Source of the DNA: Octopus bimaculoides
Lineage: Eukaryota
Length of the DNA stretch: 64,000 nt
Reading direction: 5' to 3'
NCBI RefSeq assembly: GCF_001194135.2
Contig: NC_068983.1
Coordinates: 68,614,950 to 68,678,949, forward strand
Shown here: positions 24,906 to 35,849 of the stretch, in pieces
Position numbering within the stretch: position 1 is the stretch's first letter
How the letters are laid out: the number at the start of each line of letters is the position of its first letter
Made by a program: the position numbers and the translations under genes
Notes under the pieces: generated by a model
Seen by the model: only the letters and a program-made list of their open reading frames with translations
Told to the model about the DNA's origin: nothing
The model's database searches: none

Positions 24906-25676
24906 AGTGACGAATAATAATAAATGCCCTGATGCAGTACCAGACAGTGGCTCTCCTGGCTTTCGATTTTAACTGATTGGTTGTGTTATTACGTAATGTT
25001 TTGTCTTGGTATAAAAGATGGGCTACAGCAAATATTCTGCTCAATGCTACAGATTTGCGTGTCAGTTTCTTAGCCTTAACTAGTTGAGCATGTCCCTTAG
25101 TGGCTGATGATATGTGCATCTCTGATCATGAGCAGAAGTAGTGGGGAGCATCATAGCCATGTGCTGAGAGGAATTCTTTGGGGTTTGAATTATTCACCTC
25201 TGGAAACATGGGTATTTCATTCATCATCCTTAAACAAACCTCATTCATGATTTTTTTAGTGGGATGGGATACTTGACTTGAAGAAATTTCTAACTGGGCC
25301 CCACCTGTGAGGTCATGTGCTGTTTATCTTGATATGAGATCGCCATGTCACGCACATAAGGTTGTGATGGATGTGCCTGGTGTGCCCTTATCAAACAGGT
25401 AGTCATGATGGATGTACTGGGCTTTGTATATTTTACCCGTGTTACTTCAATGGCATGTGCTGCTCTTTCACTCAATAAGGAGGAGGACAAGAATAAGAAC
25501 AGCAGTTTCTGATTTAGGCACAAGGCCAGCAAATTTAATTGAAGGAATTAGTTAAATTGACCCCAGTATTTTATTAACCACAAAATGATTAAAGTGAGAT
25601 TTGAACTCAGAATCCTGCCAAAATGCAGTTCTTGTGCCTAAATTACAAGCAAGCATGCAAACAAATAAACACAGGT

Positions 25677-25915
25677 GGCGCCCAGTTAGCTGGCAGAGAC
25701 GTTAGCACGCCGGACGAAATGCTTAGCAGTATTTCGTCTGCTGTTACATTCTGAGTTGAAATTCCGCCGAGGTCGACTTTGCCTTTCATCCTTTCGGGGT
25801 TGATAAATTAAGTACCAGTTACGCACTGGGGTCGATGTAATTGATTTAATCTGTTTGTCTGTCCTTGTTTGTCCCCTCTGTGTGTAGCCCGTTGTGGGCA
25901 ATAAAGAAATAAGAA
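25677..25915 (+). mobile_element. SINE family B, full monomer
   Basis: gctggcagagacgttagcacgccggacgaaatgc...gtgggcaataaagaaataagaaa. Confidence 0.9.
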
Positions 25916-27885
25916 ATCATACGTGTTATGGGAAAGGTATAGTCAGTTATATTGACCCTATAAATTTATATTGAATAAATGTAACAAATGCAAAGTTTGA
26001 AGGAAATAACCATTTTCCATACTTTCTAGGGATAAGCAAATAAGAAATAACAGTTGTTACCCAAGGACAAAAATTGTATTACAGTGTTATGTGGAAACCA
26101 AAACCACAAAGCTGCAAAGTCACATGGCATCAGCTCAGTTCCATGCTATGCACCATAGGTGTCATCTAGTACAGCCTCAGGCTGACCAGTGTCTTGAGTG
26201 AATTGGTAGATGAAAATGTAAGAAACCTTCACTGCATGTGCATGTATGTGGCCAAGTGTATGCATGTGCTTGTGTCAACCCCTAGTCTTGATATTTATGC
26301 ACTGGGTGTAAAAACAAAGCCAATATTCATATAAACAGTGTCATTTGTTAATAGAAAATATGTCCAACCATTGATCTGTTTGTTGTTCAAAGGACTAGGG
26401 AAATACCATCTTACTTGAAAACAGGTGAGGATTGGTGACAGAAATAGTATCTGACCATAGAAAATCTGCCTCAATAAATGTTGTCTGACTTATACAATTA
26501 TGAAACAGTGGATGTTAAAAACAATGATGTTGGGGGATGATGATGATAATAATGAGGGGGAGGAGGAGAAGGAAAATGAAGAGGGAAGGTAGGGAGGGGA
26601 GGAGGGGAATGAAGAGGAAAAGGCAGAAAAGGAGGTGCAGAAGTGGAGTGGGAGAGGAAGAGGGAGAAAAGGAGGAGGATGAAGAAGTAGAAGATGAAGA
26701 GGAAGACATGGAGGCAGGAGAGAAGGACTGCCTAACAGTTATATAGTTTTGGAAAAGATCTTTATGAGTAATTTAGTCTTCGAGGTCAACTTTGCCTTTC
26801 ATTCTTTCAAGTTCAATAAAGTAAGTACCAGTTGAGTACTGGGTCGATATAATCGACTAACCCCTGCCCCAAATTTCAGGACTTGTGCCTATACTAGAAA
26901 GGATTTATGTAAATTTAGATCTCCACTTCAGTTCAGAAACCAGTATATACAAACTGTTATTAGGAAGACACTTAAAAATTTGAAGTACATACCTATCACT
27001 TAAAGCCACCTGCGAGCAACTATAAATATTTTCATTAAAAAAATAGAACAAGTTTATCCAGTATTTCATTTGATAGGTCTTCCTTTGAACAAAGAGACTC
27101 CCTAAGTATAATGAAGCATTCAAGTACAATGGTTTTAAAGATAAAATTACATAAATGAATATAATATTAAATGTCAGACAGAGAAAAATAGATCATGTAC
27201 AATTATTTGGCTTAATGTTCCATTTAGTATCAAAGTGAATATAAATATTGTTAAATATTTCTTTACTTTATTAAACAGATATTTACCATAACACACTAAT
27301 GTCAAATTAAGTTTCATTGGTACACATAAATTTGCTACAAGAATAGCAAATGTTAATAGTAAAAATCTTAAACAGCTACCAATATTCAATTCTTCCTGTT
27401 CATACAAATGTTTTTACCACATACATTATCCAATAGATAACTTGTCTTTCAAATTATGATATTATTATGTAAAAATATTTACAGCTAATAATTCACTTTC
27501 AGATAATATATGACCAAAAATCCTTTTAAGTTAAGATTCAACTTCAACATGTTTTAAGAAATCTTGAAGTTTATTAAACTGCTATTTAACATATTATTAT
27601 AAGACTACTAATAGTAGTTTGATAACCTACAAGTTAGTCAAACTACTGTTTGAAAGATATTAGGACATGTAATAATAAAAATGTTTCTGATTTGGGGTAT
27701 CTTTGCCTGCCACCACTGGTTGACAACTGGTGTTAGTATGTTTATGCTCCTGTAACATGGTGGTTCGGCAAGAGAATCCAATAGAATAAGTACCAGACTT
27801 AGAAAAAATAAGTACTAGAATCGAATCATTTGACTGGAATTCTTCAAAGTCGTGTCTCGGCATGACTGCAGTCTAATGTAAGTAA

Positions 27886-27930
<45 letters not shown>

Positions 27931-28109
27931 NNNNNNNNNNCCACTACTCTCGGAGTGGTTGGCGTTAGGTAGGGCATCCAGTTGTAGAAACATTGCCAGA
28001 TCAGATTGGAGCCTGGTGCAGTCGCTGACTTTCCAGACCTCAGTCAAACTGTTGAACTCATGCCAGCATGGAAACCGGATGTTAAACAATGATGGTGATG
28101 ATATATATA

Positions 28110-28985
28110 CAGGGCAGGTGGAAAGTAAATAAGCATTAGAAATTGCTTATAGAATTTTTAGTATCACTGAAATCATGATGAAAACATTTTTAAACAGACA
28201 ACAGTAATGGGGATTTATTGTCTTATTCCTTACTTTCCAGATGGCCGGTCGCTTGACTGTTCAAGAGTGAGCTAAGATAGCAGCATGGTATGAAGTGTGG
28301 AATTCTGTTGTTTTGGTTCATAGATAGTGGCATGGAAAGGTAAGCATGCGAACACTACGTCCAGAGACAATAAAAAGTTGTCATGTAAAGCTGATGACCA
28401 CGGGCTCTGTGAACGATGCAAGAAGTGGCTATCCAACCACATCCCGATCAGGGGAGAACGTGGCAACAGTGCAGGAAATGTTTAACCGCAGCCCACAAAA
28501 ATCAACACGTCAAGCAGCTTGTGAAAGTGGACTAACAAAACACAAAACACATACGGTGTTGCAGAAAGAATTGAATTTTAATTCATGGAAACCCCATTAC
28601 ATGCAGGAGCTAAAACCTGATGGGATAACGTGGACCTCATGAATGGCCTCCAAGAAGTCCAGATCTCACTCCATGTGATTTTTAACTGTAGGGTTACACA
28701 AAAGAGGTGTACATGACAAAACCTCACACACGGGAGGCCTAAAAGACATGGATTCAGGAGGTTCTCAATCATATCCCAGACGACGTCCTTCAGAAGGTTG
28801 TTCATTCCATCTCTGGCCGTTTAAGGAAGCTGATTGACACCACCGGTGCTTACGTTGAAATATGAAGATTTACTTTCCTTTTCCCATGTAATAAAGAACA
28901 TGTATCATTTGTTTCAATAAATTTGTAAAAGGAATATGGATTTTATTACTAATTTTTAATACCTGCTTACTTTTCATCCACCCTG
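28110..28985 (+). mobile_element. Tc1/mariner element, internally deleted
   Basis: TA-flanked imperfect TIRs (CAGGG...aaagtaa / ttacttttc...CCCTG). N-terminal HTH part MAGRLTVQE*AKIAAWYEVW...RSPQKSTRQAA...WKPHYMQEL is joined directly to C-terminal WPPRSPDLTPCDF; the central catalytic region is missing. Confidence 0.88.
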
Positions 28986-29009
28986 TATATATATGTACAC
29001 ACATACACA

Positions 29010-29016
29010 CAGACAG

Positions 29017-29047
<31 letters not shown>

Positions 29048-29188
29048 GAAAGAGAGACAGACAGACATAGATAATAGATAGAAAGATAGATAGACAGACA
29101 GCTAAATAGATAGACAGACAGACAGATAAATAGATAGAAAGATAGATAGACAGACAGACAGACAGATAGATAGATAGATAGATAGATA
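29010..29188. repeat. Compound (GATA)n/(GACA)n microsatellite
   Basis: Read directly. Confidence 0.95.
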
Positions 29189-29423
29189 TTGATATACATC
29201 ATCTTTTAATGTTTGCCTTCCATACTGGCATGGATTCGATGGTTTGACAAAGAACCAGCGAGCTGCATCAAGCTCCAATATCATCTTTTGGCATGGTTTC
29301 TACAGCCACAATAAACTAATACATTTATACAAAACAGCATGTATCAGCAAAAGCAGTCAGCACCATATTGGGTGAGATCTTGTGGCAGCCATTGCCATCT
29401 CTGAGACTGGAGCGAGACCTCAC

Positions 29424-29433
29424 CTGCATCCAT
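29424..29433 (-). CDS. ASB-like gene, putative first coding exon (ATG GAT GCA G)
   Basis: ATG at 29433 followed by strong donor CAG|GTGAGG (phase 1). G plus CT from exon 2 gives GCT and puts the exon-2 ATG in frame (MDAAMQTMDYF...). Lies where CpG density rises, as expected near a start site. Total CDS 1191 nt, 396 aa. Confidence 0.6.
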
Positions 29434-29899
29434 TTGCAATGCGCGAGCTCACAAGAAGGCTTGTGATGGCAAAACTACAAAAGGAAAGAAACCTCGAGGT
29501 TCGATCTCACTTTTCCCGCTGCGATCACTAGAGAGCACACCTCACTGGCTAAGCCTCTAGGCTAGTCCGCTTGTTGCATCTTTACTCGACTACTGGAGCC
29601 TTAGCAACACGAAGAATAAGAAATTAATGGGAAAAAGGCGATATTCAACTGATATCCAGAACCTTGCCTCCTATTATAAGCATGAGGCATCGTAGCAGGT
29701 GGTAAAAGAACATCTATAGACCACATACACAATGAAACAAAATGTTCTAAAAATGAAAATCCATCTAGATATTATAAGGAAACAGTTTGTCGCTGCAGCA
29801 AGCTTCAAGCCCACTTAGTCCCTGTCACTACATGGGAAAGCACTAACTATACACCTACATAACACCCCAAAGCACTAATGCATCTTAAAAATCACCCTC

Positions 29900-30330
29900 T
29901 CTCTTTCTCAGCCAAAACAAACATGAGGAACATATGCAAAAAGGAATAGTTGTCCCAAACATTGTGCTGGGATGCACGACACCAACATCAAGAACAAGCA
30001 AATGTTGCACCCTGACAACATTCACCTCGTCTGCTTTTGCGGTGGCCGCCACAATAGGACCAGAGTCTATAGGCAAACAGAAATAGATTGGACAGTAAAG
30101 AAAGAGAGAAAGAGAGAGAGAGACGGAGGGGGAGGGGGGATAGAGAATGGAAATTGTATAGACTGTCACTGTATGTTGGATTGTGCAATTCAAGTACAAA
30201 GGTTGGGGGTTGTAAAAACACCTGGCGTACTACATCCGTAGGGAGCATCCCTACTATTACTACTACGACTACTAACATGCACCTGTCTGCAAAACTAGCA
30301 ACTAACCAAGTCGTTAAAACACTAATAGTA
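29900..30330 (+). mobile_element. I/Jockey-group LINE 3' fragment (degenerate)
   Basis: Shares cagaaatagaYtggacagt with 50444-50462 and a PNIVLG...RGGRHN-like translation. Confidence 0.4.
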
Positions 30331-30958
30331 GTACAATACAAAGGACCAGCTGTATCTTGTTAATTCGACACAAAATATTTATTCTACTACAACATAAGCC
30401 ACTATGCAGTAGCTCGACCTACTAGAAATAGCAGTCAAATGTCCCTGAAATCACAGCAATAAAATGGAAAAAGTTCAGCCATCAATAGTATGAACTGGTA
30501 GTTTGTACCACGCTTTTGCTAATTGTTTTAGGTTCATTTGTAGGTGAAAGCAGACTAAGACACCTTCGTATCGTCGTAAAATATAGAAGTATACAATCGA
30601 CAAGGTAGATCGGTATTCCTTCGGAGACGGTATCACGAAAGTGAATAAGAAATTTATTGTTTTATTTATTTGTTCGGCAATTTCCGTAAAATTTTTTTTT
30701 TTTCAGCTCACACAGACCTGTACATACGCAAATATACAAACATGCACATAAACACATATATACATATACTTACATACACAAATACACACAAACTTATACA
30801 TACATAAAAAATATATAAACATAAGCGATTCGTGAAAACAAAAAAAAATGTATGTGCGTGTGTGTGTGTGTGTGACTGTTCAATTCGCTCGTGGACGTGG
30901 AAAGACAATGGTTACATAAGTGCATGTGCGTGTGAATGACTGCGTTTCACTATTCAGC

Positions 30959-31248
30959 TGGCAGGAGTGGCTGTGTGGTAAGTAGCTCGCTTACCAACCA
31001 CATGGTTCCGGGTTCAGTCCCACTGCGTGGAACCTAGGGCAAGTGTTTTCTACTATAGCCTCGGGCCGACCAAAGCCTTGTGAGTGGATTTGGTAGACGG
31101 AAACTGAATGAAGCCCGTCGTATATATGTGTGTGTGTCTGTGTTTGACCCCTCAACATCGCTTGACAACCGATGCTGGTGTGTTTACGTCCCCGTCACTT
31201 GGCGGTTCGGCAAAAAGAGACCAATAGAATGAGTACTAGGCCTACAAA
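30959..31248 (+). mobile_element. tRNA-derived SINE family A, cut by gap
   Basis: gcaggagtggctgtgtggtaag...ggttcagtcccactgcgtgg...gggcaagtg...; same family as 33974, 47528 and 56024. Confidence 0.88.
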
Positions 31249-31866
31249 NNNNNNNNNNNNNNNNNNNNNNNNNNNNNNNNNNNNNNNNNNNNNNNNNNNN
31301 NNNNNNNNNNNNNNNNNNNNNNNNNNNNNNNNNNNNNNNNNNNNNNNNNNNNNNNNNNNNNNNNNNNNNNNNNNNNNNNNNNNNNNNNNNNNNNNNNNNN
31401 NNNNNNNNNNNNNNNNNNNNNNNNNNNNNNNNNNNNNNNNNNNNNNNNNNNNNNNNNNNNNNNNNNNNNNNNNNNNNNNNNNNNNNNNNNNNNNNNNNNN
31501 NNNNNNNNNNNNNNNNNNNNNNNNNNNNNNNNNNNNNNNNNNNNNNNNNNNNNNNNNNNNNNNNNNNNNNNNNNNNNNNNNNNNNNNNNNNNNNNNNNNN
31601 NNNNNNNNNNNNNNNNNNNNNNNNNNNNNNNNNNNNNNNNNNNNNNNNNNNNNNNNNNNNNNNNNNNNNNNNNNNNNNNNNNNNNNNNNNNNNNNNNNNN
31701 NNNNNNNNNNNNNNNNNNNNNNNNNNNNNNNNNNNNNNNNNNNNNNNNNNNNNNNNNNNNNNNNNNNNNNNNNNNNNNNNNNNNNNNNNNNNNNNNNNNN
31801 NNNNNNNNNNNNNNNNNNNNNNNNNNNNNNNNNNNNNNNNNNNNNNNNNNNNNNNNNNNNNNNNNN

Positions 31867-31985
31867 TATATAATGTATGGTGAATTTATGGAAAGAAGCC
31901 CCATAAAATTCATCAATTTATTTAAAAATGGAGGAGACAAGTTTATTATGGGACTTCTTTCCATAAATTCACCATACATTATATA
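31867..31985. mobile_element. Palindromic MITE-like element
   Basis: 40-nt arms 31867-31906 and 31946-31985 are 39/40 reverse complements around a 39-nt spacer, with TA-rich ends. The left end abuts an N gap. Confidence 0.75.
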
Positions 31986-32356
31986 CAAGTATTACTTTCA
32001 TATCTTCGCAAATGTAAGCCTGTAAACTACCAGCAAAATATGAAGAATCAACATTAGAATTCTTTTTTGGAAACCTCCAAATTAAAGGATGAATCTACAT
32101 TCAACCTTTTTACACACACACACATATATATATCTATACACACACACACGGCAGGCTTCTTTCAGTTTCCGTCTACCAAATCCACTCACAAGGCTTTGGT
32201 CAGCCCGAGACTATAGTAGAAGACACTTGCCCAAGGAGCCACCCTGAAACTATATATATATATATATATATAATGCTTTTTAATTAATTCAGTCTAATTT
32301 CAGAGATCTCAAGTTGTTAATTAGGTTAAATCTTATATCTATATAACAACAACAAC

Positions 32357-32387
<31 letters not shown>

Positions 32388-32988
32388 GATATAACGAATT
32401 AAATTGAGACTTTGAGAGGCCCTCGAGCTGTGTGAATAGTTTAGCTTATACTTAAATCCGATCAATAGCATGCATACTTACATATGCACACCTCTGTACA
32501 CCAAATTACTGCTGCCACGTAATTTGTGTGTGTGATGTTATTTTTCTTAATTGTTTAACTCTGTTCTATATTTAATCATATAGACTAATGTCACAGCTCC
32601 AAACATCCTATTTGTTGAGCACTTTGTGATATTATGCTTCAGATTAAGTAGTCAGAATGTGTTAATGTTCAACAAGCTGTATATTCACATATACATAACC
32701 TTGGATTTCACACACATACAACTGCTTGTTGCATATTCACATACACATGTAAGCTCACCTTTAAACATCTGCATTTTCCGTCATGGAAACTATACCCCCC
32801 ACCCCCACCCGCGCGTGTGAAATCTAAGGTTAAATTAAGATTATTTTAATCAAGAACGAAACATTCACTGATGGGGTGACTTAATAGATTAAAATTTCGT
32901 TTAACTCAGACTTAAAATATGCATGTTTGAGTAAAGTGAATTTTCGAGTGCCAGTCAAAACGATTAGATAGACGTACCTAAGATCGCC

Positions 32989-33174
32989 GGCGAAGATAAA
33001 GAATGCGCACACCAGGTGGCTAGGGTGAGGTTTAGGGGCGTAGGTAAAGAATATGCGGATCTTTCTGATTTGACGGGTACCACTTGAAAGATCCGAATAT
33101 GCACACCCGGTGTTTAGGGTTAGGGCTTTTGTTACGCCGAAAACGGGGTGGTGTGCGTATTCTTTACCTCCACC
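32989..33174. mobile_element. 186-bp MITE with 25-bp TIRs and probable 8-bp target duplication (Merlin-like)
   Basis: TIRs ggcgaagataaagaatgcgcacacc / ggtgtgcgtattctttacctccacc (21/25). Flanks agatcgcc / aaatcgcc (7/8). Internal TTAGGGTTAGGG. Related shorter copy at 50071-50154. Confidence 0.7.
33057..33094. mobile_element. 38-bp element with 9-bp TIRs and perfect 8-bp target duplication
   Basis: gaatatgc|GGATCTTTC-tgatttgacgggtaccactt-GAAAGATCC|gaatatgc. The 50071 copy lacks the insert. Confidence 0.7.
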
Positions 33175-33431
33175 AAATCGCCACACACATACAAGTATGT
33201 GTGTACACATTTTAAGTTTAGATTTTCTACGTGTATTATCGCACCTTTAAATTTAAGCGCTTGTAATCGCAAACACATGTAAAGACTCGTTTATTTGTTT
33301 AAACACCAGTAACGTAAAATACACACACTAACTTGTTACCCATAAACTAGAATATATTCACATGCCTATATACACCTGAAAACAAGCACATCTTTGTTCT
33401 TACGTTTACAAATTTGTAAACATTGTATACA

Positions 33432-33790
33432 CAGGGCGACCAAATAATCTTGATACATGGAAAATATCACTAATATTCTCGGTTTCTTTTTCTTCCGCAA
33501 ATTGAATATGAGTTTATCCAAAGAAAAAAGAATAGAACTAGTATTACTGAGTGGACGAGAGGGATGGCCATATCGACAGGCAGCAGATGCTTTCGATGCA
33601 CATCATCCCAGAAGAACCCTTATTGCCTTTCCCACAGTAAGGAAAGTGGTTAATAAATACAAAGAAATAAGCAGTGATTTGGATAAACCCCGTTCTAGCA
33701 GACCAACTGTAGCGGATAAATCGAAAGAAGCTGTCATGATTAAGATATCCAGACTTTTCACGGTTACACTGCAGTTAGCATAAACATCTG
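33432..33790 (+). mobile_element. Tc1/mariner 5' fragment (transposase HTH)
   Basis: CAGGG start, then MSLSKEKRIELVLLSGREGWPYRQAADAF...TVRKVVNKYKEISSDLDKPRSSRPT. Confidence 0.75.
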
Positions 33791-33973
33791 CATAACTACA
33801 ACTGTAAAATATCATAGTTTCAATCACGAGCGCTTAATTGTGTGTTTGTGGAATCTTTTCTGTTTGGCTGCCACTATTTAAAATCTTCAATTTTGTTCCA
33901 ATTCATTTCAAATTTGAAGCAATTTTGTATGCTCATTATTGGCATGAAATTCATTTTCGCCAAAAACCAATCG

Positions 33974-34370
33974 TAGGAGTGGCTGTGCGGTAAGTAGCTT
34001 GCTTACCAACCACATAGTCCAGGGTTCAGTCCCACTGCGTGGCACCTTGGGCAAGTGTCTTCTACTATAGCCTCGGGCCGACCAAAGCCTTGTGAGTGGA
34101 TTTGGTAGACGGAAACTGAAAGAAGCCTGTCGTATATATGTATATATATATGTATGTGTTTGTCCCCCCAACATCGCTTGACAACCGATGCTGGTGTGTT
34201 TATGTCCCCGTAACTTAGCGGTTCGGCAAAAGAGACCGATAGAATAAGTACTAGGCTTCCAAAGAATAAGTCCTGGGGTTGATTTGCTCGACTAAAGGCG
34301 GTGCTCCAGCATGGCCACAGTCAAAAGACGGAAACAAGTAAAAGAGTAAAAGAGAGTAAAGAATAAATAA
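33974..34370 (+). mobile_element. SINE family A, full length
   Basis: Head, ggcaccttgggcaagtg core, internal (TA)n, tail acaagtaaaagagtaaaag. Confidence 0.9.
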
Positions 34371-34619
34371 ACAGTTAATAGCTTTTAAAGTTTGCAAATT
34401 TTGGGTAATTTTAACCAAATTTTTCTGGAACAAGTGAATTAGGTCTGCGATTCAGCATGAAAAATTACATCAACACACCAAATTTGAAAATTTTCACTTA
34501 ATTTTAAAATGAGAATTTTGGAAAAAAGTAACACCAGTTTCATGCAGAGATACTCCAAAATATATTAACTACTATAGGAGGGATGGCGATAGAATGAGAG
34601 TTACTGGGAGAATGAGAGG

Positions 34620-35110
34620 CAATTTTCTATCTTACAATTAATTCATTAGTACCTGCTTGAAAGGTGAAGAACTTATTCAAAATTTGATGTTTGTGGTACA
34701 TCAACTCTTTGGTGTAGAAACTAAGCTCATTATAAACTGCTCTTGTAATTTTTATGTTAAGGTTGCATACTTTAATCTGTAAGTACCAACCCTTTAGCAA
34801 TATTCTTTGCCACGTAGAATTAGTGGAATCTCTATATTCTCATGTATGGGACATTAGCAACTCAACTATATCCGCTATGATTTCTTCAGATTCTATATCA
34901 TATGTCAGTTTCATAATACCTTTCTGAATATGATATAGACTTTCTACTTGTGGAAAACTTGTAAAGGGTTTAACTCCGTTCCATGATTCAACTATGTTAA
35001 CTTCAGCATCTATTATGTCAAACTTCTTCCAGAAGTCTTTAACTGTAGGTTTATTCTTCCTGTCAACTGTTTCCATAAGTTGTTTGAAAGTTTTTAGATA
35101 AGATACCTTT
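34620..35110 (-). mobile_element. pogo/Tigger transposase C-terminal remnant
   Basis: KTFKQLMETVDRKNKPTVKDFWKKFDIIDA..NIVESW...DIVELLMSH matches the Tigger DDE_1 C-terminal pattern. Confidence 0.65.
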
Positions 35111-35849
35111 GATACAGCAAAAAAGTTGTATTCTTGGGGATATATTCTACTCTCACATTATCAGAAACTTCAATTACTCCTCTTTTAGTAATGGGAGCCT
35201 TTTCCTTTCCCTTTTTCCCTGTTCCTGTTTTTTGTCCTGCAAGTTACATAGCAACCTCACTAATGCCAGTAGTATGAAAAAAGCACCCAGTACACTCTGT
35301 AAAGTGGTTGCCATTAGGAAGGGCACCCAACCTTAGAAATTATGCCTAAGCTAACATTGGAGTTTAACACAAACTTGTAGTTCACCAGATCCTGTCAAAG
35401 TGTTCAATCCATGCCACATCATATGGACATCATATGACAATGGTGATGATGACTTTAGAATATATGTAAATGTGAAATCATGTAACCTGAGGCAACCAAA
35501 ATGCAGGGGATATCTGTGTGTGTGTGTGTGAGCATCCATGGCAAAGTTGTCAAGAATTTCACATAGCAATCATGAAGTCCAGGGTTTGATCCTACTGAGT
35601 GACATCTTGTACATGTATCTTCTATATTCATTGCCTGCTTTGCCAACATATTCTGTACTGCACATGTTTGATAGATAAAATTCCAAAACTATCCCCTATT
35701 ACTCCACTAGGGTCACCACTACACACACACACACACACACACATACATACCAAGTAAGAAACACCAGTCATGCCAGACGAAAAAGGCCACTTGGCTCTAA
35801 CAATGTCCTTTTTATTATCATTAAACAAAGTGGCTCACAGCTAATTCCC

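Noticed and set aside
26515-26746. Acidic/basic ORFs (RGRRRRK..., EEEDEE...)
   Set aside because: GA-rich simple sequence with no splice context or domain.
33114-33125. TTAGGGTTAGGG as an interstitial telomere
   Set aside because: Only two units, inside a TIR-bounded MITE.
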